Positions 1 through 11,201 of a stretch of 62,072 nt of DNA are shown here, one piece after another; the first letter of the stretch is position 1, and every line of letters starts with the position of its first letter. A program made the position numbers and the translations under genes. Origin of the DNA: Pirellulales bacterium (GTDB lineage Bacteria > Planctomycetota > Planctomycetia > Pirellulales > JALHPA01); NCBI GenBank assembly GCA_040901795.1, contig JBBDYH010000166.1, forward strand, positions 1 to 62,072, in the 5' to 3' direction. The notes below the pieces were generated by a model, which saw only the letters and a program-made list of their open reading frames with translations, ran no database searches and had not been told where the DNA came from.

Positions 1-48
1 GTGCTTCCCGGCTATCTGTCACGTAAAAGATGCTAGCTACAAAGCCCT

Positions 49-104
49 GGGGTTCGGGGTTCGGGGTTCGGGGTTCAGGGTTCGGGGTTCAGGGTTCAGG
101 GTTC
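49..104. repeat. Heptamer tandem repeat (RGGGTTC) x8
   Basis: Eight consecutive GGGGTTC/AGGGTTC units just downstream of nirA. Confidence 0.9.
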
Positions 105-129
105 AGCGTCGGTGATCAGTGGTCAGTGA

Positions 130-1941
130 TCACGACGCCTGGGCGGTTGCTTCGCAGAGTTCGCGTAGCTCTTCGGTCGAGTACCTCCGTGTAAACGCAG
201 CGAAGGTCTCGCTGCTATCGGTTCGATGTTCCAAGTAGGCGCGCAGCATCGCTTCGAGCCGCTCGGGCAATTCGTCGGCCGGAATGTTCCGTGCATATTC
301 GCGGCCGATCGCCTGGTTGGCCCCATAGCCGCCGCCCAAATAAACGTGATAGCCCTCGACCAGGTCGTCCCCCACGGGGACTTTGGTGGCCAACAATCCG
401 ATGTCGCCGATGTAATGCTGGGCGCACGAGTGCGGACAACCCGTGACGTGAATGTTGATCGGCTGGTCCAGCTCCAGCTTCGACTCAAGCTGCCGCGCGA
501 TCGCCAGGGCGTGTCTTTTCGTGTCGGCCGCGGCAAACTTGCAGCCGGCGCTGCCGGTACAAGCGACCAGGCCGGCCCGAAAACTGCTCGCACGCCAATC
601 CAATCCGGTTGCTTCGATCGCCGCCTTCACGGCCGCAAGATTCTTGTCTTGGATGTCGGAAATGATCAGGTTTTGCCAAACGGTCAGCCGAATTGTGCCG
701 CTGCCAAAGCGGTCGGCGATGTCGGCCACGGCACGCATTTGGTCGGACTGCATTCGCCCCACGGGCAGGACCAGGCCGACGTAAGACAGGCCGGGCTGCC
801 GTTGCGGGTGAACGCCGACGTGCACGTGTTTGTCGACCGGCGCGCGGGGCTCGCATTGGTCGATCGGCAGCCGCCGCAGCGGAAATGGCAGACGTTTCTG
901 CGTCTCGTCGAGGAATTTTTCAAAGCCCCACTCGTCGAGCAGGTATTTAAGACGCGCTTTCTTGCGGTCGGTCCGGTCACCGTGCTCGATGAAGACGCGC
1001 ACCATCGCGGCGGCCACCGGAACGCATTCCTCGGCGAATAACAGCAGCCCGGTGTCGCGCGCGAAGTCCTGATGGCCGGTAATGCCTCCCAGTTGCACGC
1101 GGAAATACACGCCTTCCGTCTCTGCACCACCGGCCGGAACGCGTACCGCGGCAAAGCCGATGTCGTTGGTGTCTTCAAGCGCTGTGGTTGTGCCGCCGCC
1201 GTCGAAGGCGATGTTGAATTTCCGCGGCAAGCCATACATCTCGCGATGGTGGAGGATGTAATGGTGCAGCTCGCGGCACAGCGGCCGCACGTCGATCAGC
1301 TCTTGGGGATCGATGCCTGCCGTACAGGGCGCGGTGATGTTGCGAATGTTGTCGGCGCCTGCGCCGCGGTTGACGATGCCGGCGTCGTGCAAGCCGGTCA
1401 GCACGTCGATCGTATGCGTTGGCGCAATTTCGCGGAGCTGCAGGTTGGCCCGCGTGGTCAGGTCGGCGTACCCGCCCGCGAACTGCTCGGCCAGGTCGGC
1501 CACTCGGCGAAACTGAAAGGAATTGGTGAATCCGCCCGCGAACCGCAGCCGGCACATGAACGCGTTCTGCGCCGGGGCGACGTAAAACAGCCCGTGAAAC
1601 TTGAAGAGCAACACGTCGGTTCCTTTGGGGAACCGTTTTTCGCGCGTGTGCTGTTGGATCTCGTCCCACAGATCGAGCGGCGGCTTGGCCCGTTTGGCTT
1701 GTTCCTCCGGGCAGAGCTTTTTGCCGGCTGCGAGAAACCGGTCCTGTGCGCCGAGAAACATCTGGTCTGGACCGGCCGACTGCAGGCCATTCGAGTGGCC
1801 GTTCAAGAGCGCGCCGGCGCCGTTGGCTTCCAACGTATCCGCAAAGGTGGCGTACCCTTTCGCCGCGCGCGCCACATCGGTCCCAGCCACAAACCCGGCC
1901 AGGTATTGGCGCTGCTCTTCAGTGAATTCAACGTTCAACAT
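130..1941 (-). CDS. nirA: Ferredoxin-type siroheme nitrite reductase (NirA family)
   Basis: [15 protein letters not shown] and LPRKFNIAF motifs; siroheme/4Fe-4S ligands ACTGSAGC...GCPHSC; lies in a nitrate operon. Confidence 0.88.
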   Translation of the reverse strand: MLNVEFTEEQRQYLAGFVAGTDVARAAKGYATFADTLEANGAGALLNGHSNGLQSAGPDQMFLGAQDRFLAAGKKLCPEEQAKRAKPPLDLWDEIQQHTREKRFPKGTDVLLFKFHGLFYVAPAQNAFMCRLRFAGGFTNSFQFRRVADLAEQFAGGYADLTTRANLQLREIAPTHTIDVLTGLHDAGIVNRGAGADNIRNITAPCTAGIDPQELIDVRPLCRELHHYILHHREMYGLPRKFNIAFDGGGTTTALEDTNDIGFAAVRVPAGGAETEGVYFRVQLGGITGHQDFARDTGLLLFAEECVPVAAAMVRVFIEHGDRTDRKKARLKYLLDEWGFEKFLDETQKRLPFPLRRLPIDQCEPRAPVDKHVHVGVHPQRQPGLSYVGLVLPVGRMQSDQMRAVADIADRFGSGTIRLTVWQNLIISDIQDKNLAAVKAAIEATGLDWRASSFRAGLVACTGSAGCKFAAADTKRHALAIARQLESKLELDQPINIHVTGCPHSCAQHYIGDIGLLATKVPVGDDLVEGYHVYLGGGYGANQAIGREYARNIPADELPERLEAMLRAYLEHRTDSSETFAAFTRRYSTEELRELCEATAQAS

Positions 1942-1962
1942 TGCATCGGCCTCTTGTCGACT

Positions 1963-3264
1963 TCAGTTGTTTGCTGTTGCTCCGATGACCGATGAGCCTT
2001 CCAAACCGGATCTAAAATCCCCGTGCGGCGCCGACGAAGTCATCGCCTTCGACTCCGTCACGCTCAGCGCCCGACCGCCTGCTCCCACCCAGGTGGTCGT
2101 CCACTGCCGCGTCACACGCGTTAGCGCAAGGAGCACCAAGACCGCCAGGGCCGCGCCCGAGAGGAACCCGAGGGAAAAGCTGCCGGTCGTTTGCATGCTG
2201 ATGCCCATGGCGACCGGCAAGAAGCCACCCCCCAGCGCCCCGACTTCGCCGACCAGGCTCCCCGCCACCGGAGTCATGCTTTTGAAGCGCAAGGGGACAA
2301 GCTGAAACACGGCGCCGTTGCCCGCGCCCATCGCCGAGAAGCAGACCACAAGGATCGCGACCATCATCCAGGGATTGGCCGGGATGCTCGCCGCTGCGCA
2401 AATCGTGATGACGATCAACACGGACAGTGCAAACAGCACGCGCAGGCCACCGAATCGATCGGCCATCCAACCGCCGACGATCCGCAGGATGCTGGCCATG
2501 ATGATGATTCCCGCGGCGTAGCGGCCGACATTTTCTTTCGCGATTCCATATTGGTCATGAAAGAGCGTTGGTAAAAAACTCGTCAGGCCGATGTAGCCGC
2601 CGAAGGTCAGCATATACAGCAGGTTGAAGATCCAGGCGTCGCGATCGACAAGCACGCGCAAGTAGTCACTGAGCTTTTTTTGTTCGCGGTCAGGGGGCTC
2701 CTTCGCAAAGATCTGCAAAAGAATCATGGCGGCTACCATCGGGAGAGCCGCCAGGCCGTAGACCGCCTGCCAGCCGTAGGCGTTCGCCAGCGGTGGCGCA
2801 AACAGCACGGCCAACACCGCGCCGCTATTGCCCGCGCCGGCGATGCCCATCGCCAGGCCTTTGTGCTCGGGCGGATACCATCCCGAGCCGAGCGACAACG
2901 CCACGCCGAAGCTGGCCCCCGCGATGCCGAGGATCACGCCCATCGCGATGACGCCTTCGTAGCTGCGGACGATCGCGTAGCCAGCCAGCAAGCCAATCAC
3001 AATCAGACCCATCTCGAGCTGTGCGGCGCGCTTGCGGCCGATGTACTGCGAGAGGAGGCCCAATGGAAACCGCATCAACGCGCCCGCGATGACCGGCACG
3101 CTGACCAGCAGGCCTTTCTCGACATCGGTCAGGCCAAACTCCTGGCTGATGAACGGCGCCATGGCGCCGTTGAGCACCCAGACGGCGAAGCAGAAGTCGA
3201 AGTACAACAACGAGGAAAACAGCGTGCCGGGATGGCCGGATTTGAGAAAGTCGCGGAAGTGCAT
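1963..3264 (-). CDS. MFS nitrate/nitrite transporter (NarK/NasA, NNP family)
   Basis: About 12 hydrophobic segments; nitrate signatures GLAMGIAGAGNSG and MGAGNGAVFQLVP. Confidence 0.9.
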   Translation of the reverse strand: MHFRDFLKSGHPGTLFSSLLYFDFCFAVWVLNGAMAPFISQEFGLTDVEKGLLVSVPVIAGALMRFPLGLLSQYIGRKRAAQLEMGLIVIGLLAGYAIVRSYEGVIAMGVILGIAGASFGVALSLGSGWYPPEHKGLAMGIAGAGNSGAVLAVLFAPPLANAYGWQAVYGLAALPMVAAMILLQIFAKEPPDREQKKLSDYLRVLVDRDAWIFNLLYMLTFGGYIGLTSFLPTLFHDQYGIAKENVGRYAAGIIIMASILRIVGGWMADRFGGLRVLFALSVLIVITICAAASIPANPWMMVAILVVCFSAMGAGNGAVFQLVPLRFKSMTPVAGSLVGEVGALGGGFLPVAMGISMQTTGSFSLGFLSGAALAVLVLLALTRVTRQWTTTWVGAGGRALSVTESKAMTSSAPHGDFRSGLEGSSVIGATANN

Positions 3265-3275
3265 GGTTGGCTCCA

Positions 3276-3352
3276 GTAACCCGAAGCGTAAGCGAGGGAA
3301 CGGATGATTCAGCCTCGCTTACGCGTCGGGTTGCTATTGTTAGCGGTTGTAA
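3276..3352. repeat. Truncated copy of the TIR/palindrome MITE family
   Basis: Internal palindrome AACCCGAAGCGTAAGCGAGG...CCTCGCTTACGCGTCGGGTT, right TIR TGTTAGCGGTTG followed by TAA; left TIR missing. Confidence 0.75.
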
Positions 3353-3389
3353 GTGTTGAGTTACGGCCCGTCGGGCCTGGTAATCCGTC

Positions 3390-5621
3390 CTACGTGGAGG
3401 GGGTTCCGTCGCGTCGCACGCGCACCGCGCAGGCCTTGTACGATGGTTGCTTGGAATGTGGGTCGAAGACCGAATCGGTGAGCCGGTTCACGCCGTCGTA
3501 GTGCATGGGTAAAAAAACCTGGCCGCAGGCGATCGTCGGCGTTACGAAGGCTTTTGCCCGCACGCTGCCTCGTTGTGATTCAACGATCACCGCGTCGCCC
3601 GGACCGATGTCCATTTCGCGGGCGTTCGCGGTGTTGATCTCGACGTAGAGCTGTTCGGGAGAAAGCTGGCGGAGCACCGCCGACTTGCGCGTCCGCGTTT
3701 CGGTATGCCACTGCGACGACGTTCCGCGGCCGGTGAGCAGTAGGAACGGATAGGATTTGTTAGCAGGCTCGGGCATCGCCCGCGGCGCTTCAAAAATGAA
3801 CCGAGCCCGGCCGTCGGCGTGGAAGAACCGGCCGTCGGCAAACAGCCGCCGCTCCTGCTCAGGCGGCGGATCGGCGGCGCGGAACGGCCATTGGATGCCG
3901 CCGCAGTCGGCGAGCATCTGAAAATCGGCAATCCCGCTGATGTCGCATGGCCGGCCGGCCGACAGCCGCTTGAGAATCTCAAAGACTGCTGCGGGCGAAG
4001 TCCACTCGCGGAACATCTCGCTGCAGCCCCAGTATTCGGCAATCAAACGAAAGATCGCAAAATCGGCGAGCGCCTGGCCCGGCGCTTTGGCGACCTTCTG
4101 GACGACGCCGATGCGGCGCTCGGAGTTGATGAACGTTCCAGACTTCTCACCCCACGCGGCAGCGGGCAGCACCAGGTCGGCCAGCCGCGCCGTTTCCGTG
4201 GTGCTATACATGTCCTGGACGACCAGAAAATCGAGCCGGCTGAGCACGTCTCGCAAGTGGTTGTTGTTGATCCACGAGTGGGCGGGGTTGGTGGCCACCA
4301 CCCACAGGCCGCGGATCTTGCCCGCCAAGATGCCTTCGAGGATTTCGTGATAGGCCAGGCTGTTTGCACTGGGAATGCGCGACTCGTCAATGCCCAATAC
4401 GTCAGCCACTTCCCGGCGATGTTCCGCATTGGCGAAGTCACGGCCGCCCAGCAGGTTGGTGGTATTGCTAAACAGCCGCGAGCCCATCGCGTTGCACTGG
4501 CCGGTGATCGAGTTCGCGCCTGTGCCGGGGCGGCCGATATTGCCCGTCATCAGCGCCAGGTTGATGATGCTCTGCGCGACGCGGGTCCCTTCGTGGCTCT
4601 GGTTGACCCCCATCGTCCACCAGAACGAGACGCGCGGTACTTCGTGAATGGTCCGCGCCAGGTCCTCAAGGACTTCGACGGCGATGCCGGTGGTTTCTGC
4701 CACGCCCTTCGGCGTAAACGAAGCGACGAACGCCGCGAAGTCGTCGAAGCCGGTCGTATGGGCGTCGATGAAGTCTCGATCGATCCAACTGTGGCGGATC
4801 AGCAGGTTGGCAAGCCCGTAACACAGCACCAGATCGCTTTTGGGCCGGATTGCCAGGTGCTGCGTCGCTTGCATTGCCGTTTCAGTACGGCGTGGGTCGA
4901 CGACGATGATCCGCGGGCTGCGCCGGTTCCGCATTACGCGCTGCCAGAGGATCGGGTGCGCGATGCAAGGATTGGCGCCGATGAACACGAGCACGTCGGA
5001 CTGCTCAAAATCGGCGTAGGCGAATGGGGGGGCGTCGAAGCCGAAGGCCTGCTTGTAGGCCACGACCGAAGTCGCCATACATTGGCGCGTGTTGCCGTCG
5101 CCGTGCAGCATGCCCATGCCGAATTTTCCCAGCGCGCCTAGGAAAGCGAGCTCTTCGGTCACAATTTGCCCGGTGCCCAGCCAGGCGACGGCGTGAGGGC
5201 CATGCTCCCCCTGAATGGCTTTCAGGCGTGCGACGAACGTGCGAAAGGCAGTGTCCCAGTCGACCGGAACTTGCTTGCCGTGCTCGTTCTTGAGCAATGG
5301 GACAACCGCTCGCTCGCTCGATTCGAGCACGGATAGCGCTTCCCACCCCTTCGGACAGGCCATCGCCAGGTTGACGGGATAATCGGCGGTGGGCGTAAGA
5401 CCAACCGCTTTGCCGTGGCGAAGATGAACGTCCAGCGCGCAGCCTGTCGAGCAGAAACCGCAAATCGTGGTTCGGGTCGCTTCGGGCGCGGCTTTGTCAG
5501 GGACCAGCCCCAGGCCAAACTGCCCCGGCCGGAGGAGCAGCTCGCGCGTCAAGGCGCCCTCGCGCTGATGCAGCAATTGCCTCAGCCAGGACGCGGCGGC
5601 GGGTAACAGCGGGATCGGCAT
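3390..5621 (-). CDS. Assimilatory nitrate reductase catalytic subunit (Mo-bisPGD, NasA/NarB type)
   Basis: CGFCSTGC...CPKG 4Fe-4S motif, Mo-ligand [16 protein letters not shown]-terminal molybdopterin-dinucleotide domain; no Tat signal seen. Confidence 0.88.
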   Translation of the reverse strand: MPIPLLPAAASWLRQLLHQREGALTRELLLRPGQFGLGLVPDKAAPEATRTTICGFCSTGCALDVHLRHGKAVGLTPTADYPVNLAMACPKGWEALSVLESSERAVVPLLKNEHGKQVPVDWDTAFRTFVARLKAIQGEHGPHAVAWLGTGQIVTEELAFLGALGKFGMGMLHGDGNTRQCMATSVVAYKQAFGFDAPPFAYADFEQSDVLVFIGANPCIAHPILWQRVMRNRRSPRIIVVDPRRTETAMQATQHLAIRPKSDLVLCYGLANLLIRHSWIDRDFIDAHTTGFDDFAAFVASFTPKGVAETTGIAVEVLEDLARTIHEVPRVSFWWTMGVNQSHEGTRVAQSIINLALMTGNIGRPGTGANSITGQCNAMGSRLFSNTTNLLGGRDFANAEHRREVADVLGIDESRIPSANSLAYHEILEGILAGKIRGLWVVATNPAHSWINNNHLRDVLSRLDFLVVQDMYSTTETARLADLVLPAAAWGEKSGTFINSERRIGVVQKVAKAPGQALADFAIFRLIAEYWGCSEMFREWTSPAAVFEILKRLSAGRPCDISGIADFQMLADCGGIQWPFRAADPPPEQERRLFADGRFFHADGRARFIFEAPRAMPEPANKSYPFLLLTGRGTSSQWHTETRTRKSAVLRQLSPEQLYVEINTANAREMDIGPGDAVIVESQRGSVRAKAFVTPTIACGQVFLPMHYDGVNRLTDSVFDPHSKQPSYKACAVRVRRDGTPST

Positions 5622-7351
5622 CAGACAATCCCTCCCGGCATCCGCGGCGCTACCGAGGCGGTAAAGAATAGATGACGCTCACAAAGCTCGCCGGCCAACA
5701 GCGAGGTGAAGCCGACGAGCACCGCAACGCCGAGCCATGGACCGTTCGTTTCGCTCGCAGACGTGGACAATTCTCGTAGCGCCAGCAAACAGGCGACACC
5801 CAACAATCCCAGCGCGAACCGCACGATGGTCCAGCGGCGCAGCGGGCCGATCATCAGCATCGCGCTACGCTTCAAGACCGTATGGTTTCGCGCGCCCAGG
5901 TGCACAAACTGCAACGCTTCGCAAGCGAGCTTCGCCACAGCCGCGAGCAATAGCGCTTGCACTCCCAGGCCGGCATAGGGACGAATGGCCGTGGCCGCGG
6001 TGAGGTCTGTGGTCAGAGCCGCCGGCACCAGCGCCAATAACAGGGAACCTGCCGATCCTAGCACCGCCGTGGTGAGGAAGAACTTCAGCGGCGTGGTTGG
6101 CCCGGTCCAACAAGGGCGCCGGGTCGAGCGATAGATCATCACAGAGCAAGCGACACCGGACAGTCCGGCTAACACGACGGCGCCACCTAACCAGCGCTGG
6201 ACTGAATGCGAGGCTTCGAGCAGGTCACTCCTTTGCCACGACGCGACCGCGTAAACGGCGGCCAACAGTGCGAAGGCGCTAAAGCAGACGATCTCGCGGC
6301 TGAGCCAAGAGTGGGAAAGTCCCACCACCGCTCGAAACGCGTACTGCGGCCGGCCCAAGTGCAGCGTGCTGGCAGCCAAAGCGACGATGCCGGCTACCAA
6401 TGCGCCGCCAGCCTGATACGGACGGTTCGCAGCGGCGAGCGCCGAGTTCGTCATGCCACCCTCCTGCAACAAGTAATCCACCAGGAACGTCCCCACCGAA
6501 AGCTGCGTCAGCACAAGCATCACGACGAGTGCCGGGTGGCTGTGATTGGCTTGCACCGAGAAATAGTCGGCCGGCAGCAGATTCCTCGGCAGCGGCCGGC
6601 GCGTCTTGTAGTTCGTGGTCGGCAGCGTGTGCTGCGGCTCAGGAGCGCCGGGCAGGAAGAGGTTCGTCTCACAATCTTGCACAACTTCCTGCCGGCTGAC
6701 CGTGCGAATTCGAATCGCCTGATGCGGGCAGGCCTGCGCGCAGGCCGGCGGTTCGCCGACTGCCAGCCGCTGGCTGCACATGTCGCATTTGCGGACGATG
6801 CCTTTCTGGCGGTTGTACTTGGGCACATCGTACGGGCAGGCAAGCGTGCAGTACTGGCAGCCAAAGCACTGATCGTCCAGGTGGCGCACAATGCCGGTCA
6901 GCGGGTCTTTCTCGTAGGCATTGACGGGACAAGCCTGCATGCACGCCGGCTCCAGACAGTGGTGGCAGGCTGTGGTGACGTGCTGAATGACCGTCGAATC
7001 GCCGACGCCGCCGTGCAAGATGCCGACGTCGCGAAAGGTTTCACCGTCGTCGAGCCCGTTCAAGTTATGACAAGCGGTGACACAGGCCTTGCACCCTGAG
7101 CAGAGGTCAAGATCGACCTCAAAGGCGTACTGCTCGCCGTCTTTGGGAGGTGCGGCGGGGAGCAGGTCGCGGTAGAAGCGAGCGGTCGAGTGGCCGGTTT
7201 CGGTTTCACATCGCTGAGCGAACCGCTCGACGGCCGAGAGGTCCTGCTGATCGTCGAGCAGTTGCGCCAGCAGTGCCAGCGGCCGGTGCGCGAGGCGATC
7301 GCGCGCCTCGGAATCGGGGGGTGCGTCTGGTAGCAGAGCCGTGGCGGTCAA
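5621..7351 (-). CDS. Fused multi-4Fe-4S (DmsB-like) plus DmsC/YnfH-type membrane anchor protein
   Basis: Four Cys clusters ([40 protein letters not shown]...CAQAC), then about 8 TM helices with HLGRP and SWLSREI motifs; stop overlaps the reductase ATG by 1 bp; TTG start with GAAGAGG RBS. Confidence 0.85.
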   Translation of the reverse strand: MTATALLPDAPPDSEARDRLAHRPLALLAQLLDDQQDLSAVERFAQRCETETGHSTARFYRDLLPAAPPKDGEQYAFEVDLDLCSGCKACVTACHNLNGLDDGETFRDVGILHGGVGDSTVIQHVTTACHHCLEPACMQACPVNAYEKDPLTGIVRHLDDQCFGCQYCTLACPYDVPKYNRQKGIVRKCDMCSQRLAVGEPPACAQACPHQAIRIRTVSRQEVVQDCETNLFLPGAPEPQHTLPTTNYKTRRPLPRNLLPADYFSVQANHSHPALVVMLVLTQLSVGTFLVDYLLQEGGMTNSALAAANRPYQAGGALVAGIVALAASTLHLGRPQYAFRAVVGLSHSWLSREIVCFSAFALLAAVYAVASWQRSDLLEASHSVQRWLGGAVVLAGLSGVACSVMIYRSTRRPCWTGPTTPLKFFLTTAVLGSAGSLLLALVPAALTTDLTAATAIRPYAGLGVQALLLAAVAKLACEALQFVHLGARNHTVLKRSAMLMIGPLRRWTIVRFALGLLGVACLLALRELSTSASETNGPWLGVAVLVGFTSLLAGELCERHLFFTASVAPRMPGGIV

Positions 7352-7445
7352 AAGCGTTGCCTCTTCATCGGTTTAGCCATCCGTGGCCGGGCATCCGCGC
7401 AGGACCGCCTGGACCGCGCGCTATCAATCCGATGAATCGCCCTAG

Positions 7446-7460
7446 GCAAGCGCTATGCCA
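7446..7460 (-). promoter_or_regulatory. Sigma54 (-24/-12) promoter of the nitrate operon
   Basis: Minus strand reads TGGCAT-AGCGC-TTGC with correct spacing, about 95 nt upstream of the first gene. Confidence 0.75.
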
Positions 7461-7902
7461 AGTGGCGTGAGAGACCACTGCTAGCGTGACTACAAAGAGC
7501 GCAAGGCATAACTCGTCATCGACTTAACACACCACCGAGGCATCCGGTTCCTTTCTTCGTTTGGTTGATTTGCAGGGCGCATGCCGCGTGGATAGGCAAC
7601 CCGCTGCCTTGTTTTTGAACAGCTTGCCTGCGATCGGCGTGCTCGGTTTGCCCCCTCGGTGTATGAATCGCATCCGCCGCAGCTTCACTGCGGCACCCCT
7701 GCCGCGACGCTGGGCTGCGGGCGATGGATCGACCGAAACCCGGCTTCATTTATGACCGTGTGTGGAGGGTCTTCTTGCCGGAGTGACGCTGTGATCGGGC
7801 GCCTACTCTTGGAATGAGCCCGCGCCGACTTTCGTCTATTGCGTTTGTTGCTTTTGTTGCGTTTGTGCTGTATACTGTTTTGAGGAGGGACAACAGTAGG
7901 TA

Positions 7903-8376
7903 ATGACAGTGACCTTGAGTGCATTTTCCGAAACGGTGACGCCCACTAAAGCGGACGCTGAACTTGCGCAAGCCTCGGGCCGGCAACTGGTCAAAATCCT
8001 AGGCCGCAAGCGAAAACGCAAGAGCGTGCGCGTCCGATTTGAGTCGGACGGTGGAGCGGAACCTCTCGCCATACCCGTGGCTGCGTTTGAGCTGCTGTCG
8101 CACATTCTAACCGAGATGGGAAAAGGCAACGCAGTGACGCTCATTCCGATGCAGGCGGAACTGACCACTCAGCAGGCGGCGGACCTTTTGAATGTTTCGC
8201 GTCCCTTTCTGATCGAGCAGTTGGAGCAAGGAACAATCCCCTTTCGCAAAGTAGGGACGCACCGCCGAATCCTTTTTCAAGACCTGATGGCGTATAAACG
8301 CTTCCTGGACGAAAGACGCCTGAAGGTTTTGGAGGAGCTCGCCGCGCAGGCCCAGGATCTGAAGATGGGCTACTGA
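7903..8376 (+). CDS. Excisionase-like HTH DNA-binding protein (putative antitoxin)
   Basis: LTTQQAADLLNVSRPFLI...GTHRRI HTH_17-type motif; immediately upstream of a PIN gene. Confidence 0.85.
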   Translation: MTVTLSAFSETVTPTKADAELAQASGRQLVKILGRKRKRKSVRVRFESDGGAEPLAIPVAAFELLSHILTEMGKGNAVTLIPMQAELTTQQAADLLNVSRPFLIEQLEQGTIPFRKVGTHRRILFQDLMAYKRFLDERRLKVLEELAAQAQDLKMGY

Positions 8377-8377
8377 A

Positions 8378-8947
8378 GTGAGTCACTTCACCGCCGTTTA
8401 CGACGCGTGCGTGTTGTATCCGGCGCCGTTGCGCGATCTCTTGATGCACCTGGCGTTGACGGATTTGTTCCGCGCGAAGTGGACCGATGTGATTCACGAT
8501 CAATGGATACGCAACGTTCTTAAGGACCGACCGGACCTCACGGCCGAGCAATTAGAGCGGACTCGGACGTTGATGAACGCTCATGTCCGCGATTGCCTCG
8601 TCTCGAACTACGAAGACTTAATCCCGACCGTGGTCCTCCCCGATCCGGACGACCGTCATGTCCTAGCGGCGGCGATTCGAGCGGACGCGGATGTGATTGT
8701 GACCTACAACCTGACAGACTTTCCACGGTCGGCCTTAGACAAATATGGGATCGAGGCACAGCATCCCGACGAATTCATCACGCACCTGTTAAGGCTTGCT
8801 CCAACTGTGGTTTGTGCTGCAGTGAAGCGACAACGAGAGAATCTGAAGAATCCTCCCAAAACCGTGGAAGAACTCCTGGAGGCGTTCGAGCGTCAATCCC
8901 TGTCACACACAGTGGCATCCCTACGGGACTATGGAAAATTGCTCTAG
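8378..8947 (+). CDS. PIN-domain toxin (VapC-like RNase)
   Basis: AVYDACVLY, DPDDRHVLAAA and VTYNLTDF acidic PIN motifs. Confidence 0.88.
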   Translation: MSHFTAVYDACVLYPAPLRDLLMHLALTDLFRAKWTDVIHDQWIRNVLKDRPDLTAEQLERTRTLMNAHVRDCLVSNYEDLIPTVVLPDPDDRHVLAAAIRADADVIVTYNLTDFPRSALDKYGIEAQHPDEFITHLLRLAPTVVCAAVKRQRENLKNPPKTVEELLEAFERQSLSHTVASLRDYGKLL

Positions 8948-9145
8948 ATGCATCCCGCTCGCCGGCTTAGCTGCCACGCCGAGGTTTCTCATTGGTCGAG
9001 GCACAGTGCTTTTGTGGTCCGACTAATCGGAAGACTGCGACCAGCAAACAGGCGAATGAGCGTGTCCAACCGTAGGTCACTGTAATATTTTGCCCACCGG
9101 GTCCGTCAATATTATTGATGGCTCAGTCAACCCGGAAACGACGGC

Positions 9146-9682
9146 ATGGACGAGTGGGATCAAGTCTATGAGCGGTACGGTTCGCTGGTCTGGGCGACGG
9201 TCTATCGTATTTTGGGCAATCATGCCGAGGCGCTCGACTGCTGTCAGGACGTGTTTGCCGAGGTATTCGATCGCTGCCAAGCGGGGGAAGTGCGGGAGTG
9301 GGCGGCCTTCTTGAGATGGTTGGCGACGCGGCGGGCGCTCGACCGGCTGCGACGGCATCGCGCCGAAAGCGGCTACTTTGAAGCGAATGGCGATCTTGCC
9401 GTGGTTCCTGCCGCGACAGCCGGTCCCGACGCCAGAGCGAACTTCAGTGAGTTGACGGATCGCTTGAAACGCGAGCTAAGCCGACTATCGCCGCAGCAGG
9501 CGGAGGCGTTTTGGCTCTTGTCGGTGGAACAAATGAGCTATCAGGAGATCGCCGAACAATTGGGAGTCGAAGGGAACCAGGTGGGTGTGTTGGTCCATCG
9601 GGCGCGGCGACGATTGCGGGAGTCGTTGGCCGATCTGAATCCGAGGACGCAGGAAATTCGGTCCGCTCCGAGGACGGCATGA
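9146..9682 (+). CDS. ECF RNA polymerase sigma factor
   Basis: Region 2 (DCCQDVF...FLRWLATRRALD) and region 4 HTH (MSYQEIAEQLGV...VHRARRRL). Confidence 0.9.
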   Translation: MDEWDQVYERYGSLVWATVYRILGNHAEALDCCQDVFAEVFDRCQAGEVREWAAFLRWLATRRALDRLRRHRAESGYFEANGDLAVVPAATAGPDARANFSELTDRLKRELSRLSPQQAEAFWLLSVEQMSYQEIAEQLGVEGNQVGVLVHRARRRLRESLADLNPRTQEIRSAPRTA

Positions 9683-9722
9683 GCGCGACGGAAGCGGTTG
9701 GGAATTGTGTTGGAGGTGGCCT

Positions 9723-11165
9723 ATGAACGACGCAGATCAGCTATTGGATGAGGTTCTTATCCAGATTCGCGAACAGGACGTTCCGGCGTATCCGCGAGAG
9801 TCGATGGCGGCGAGGCTTGACGCTCTTTCAAACAAGCGCTCTGTCGGCCACGAAGTGCGCCATAGGTTCTCTCGGTGGCGAGCGTGGCAGTGGCTCGCAG
9901 CCGGAGCGCTGGCGGCCGGGATTGTGATTGGCGCCTTCTGGCTCCTCACCGCGGGCGATAGCAATCGAGCACTGGCGTTTGCGGACGTCCAGCAGGCGGT
10001 CGGCGAGACGCAAACGATTCGCTATCGCATTTTGCATTACTCCAACAATCCCAGCTATCTCTCTCAATACGAAGTTGAACCGGGAGAGCCGACTGTAAGC
10101 CAACTGTACTACTCGGGGAATCGAGTGCGGAATGAACAACCGCTAGGGATGGTGTCGATTGTGGACTTCGACAAGGGAGTGTCAATGTTCATTTGGCAGC
10201 GCCTGCAGCGGGCGGTGATCAGTCCCATCTATGGTACAGAAAACCAAAAAAGGTCGCTCGACTTTCGCATGAAGCTGCGGAACTTTCCGGAGTCAGGCGC
10301 AAAGAAACTGCCGGACCGCAAAGTGAACGGTCGGATGGTCAGTGAGTTCGTATTGCAAATCGATGACCAGGATTACACAGTCACCGTGGATCCTAAAACC
10401 AAGCTGCCCATTCGTATGGAAGTTGTTCGTAAGAAACAGCCAGAGAAGGGACAAGGCGAAGTGCGAGAGGTGTATACGGATTTTGTGTTTGACGCCCCCC
10501 TGGACGAGTCGCTATTTCGCATCGAGGCTCCCGCTGGGTACGAGGTGGTGAATCGTGTGCCGCGAAACGATCAGCCGCAGCCTCCGGAGACGATGCAGTT
10601 GGTTGTCTCGCCCGAAGATGGCATTGGGCCAGTCACGTATGGGACCAAGGTGGCCGACATCGTGCGGCTATTGGGTGAGCCCGATTGGCGGGATGACAAG
10701 GAGGATGTGGGGCCCGTGCCGTTTCCCGGAGCGGAGCCGCATCCGAAGGCGGTCAAAAAGGTGCGAACCGAGTTGGCCTACGACCGGCGTGGTTTTCGAC
10801 TGATGGCAGATGACAAACGTGGCCTGTACTCCATTCACTGCTTTAACAAGCGCGGCGGTGTAATATCGACGGAGCTCGGTTTCCGTGGCAAGACGAAGGA
10901 GGCCATTGCGCTCGATGCCTCCTTGGACGAGGTGCTGAAGACATACGGCAAGCCCGATGCACAGATGGACTCGCTTTACCTGTTTTACCGTAAGCGAGGC
11001 TATGAGTTCATGTTCCGCGACAAAAAGTTGGTTTCGATACAGGTTAGGCGGCCGGATCCCAATGCCGAAATGGAAGTGCGAGGAGACGGAATCATCGAGT
11101 GGCAAGGGCCGCGAAAGAGAGAAGTCAGACCTTCTGCTGGACTGGGGCGGCGCGGGAATCGATAA
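9723..11165 (+). CDS. Putative anti-sigma factor: single TM, LolA-like domain and two C-terminal repeats
   Basis: GGAGGT RBS before ATG 9723; one TM, ALAFADVQQAV, FVFDAPLDESLFRIEAPAGY motif typical of LolA-like folds; directly follows the ECF sigma gene. Confidence 0.65.
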   Translation: MNDADQLLDEVLIQIREQDVPAYPRESMAARLDALSNKRSVGHEVRHRFSRWRAWQWLAAGALAAGIVIGAFWLLTAGDSNRALAFADVQQAVGETQTIRYRILHYSNNPSYLSQYEVEPGEPTVSQLYYSGNRVRNEQPLGMVSIVDFDKGVSMFIWQRLQRAVISPIYGTENQKRSLDFRMKLRNFPESGAKKLPDRKVNGRMVSEFVLQIDDQDYTVTVDPKTKLPIRMEVVRKKQPEKGQGEVREVYTDFVFDAPLDESLFRIEAPAGYEVVNRVPRNDQPQPPETMQLVVSPEDGIGPVTYGTKVADIVRLLGEPDWRDDKEDVGPVPFPGAEPHPKAVKKVRTELAYDRRGFRLMADDKRGLYSIHCFNKRGGVISTELGFRGKTKEAIALDASLDEVLKTYGKPDAQMDSLYLFYRKRGYEFMFRDKKLVSIQVRRPDPNAEMEVRGDGIIEWQGPRKREVRPSAGLGRRGNR

Positions 11166-11201
11166 TCGGCGTTGGTCATTCATCTCCCAGGGACCAACGC
11201 T

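Noticed and set aside
7903-8376. Prophage or ICE excisionase
   Set aside because: No integrase or phage genes nearby; its pairing with a PIN gene fits a TA antitoxin.
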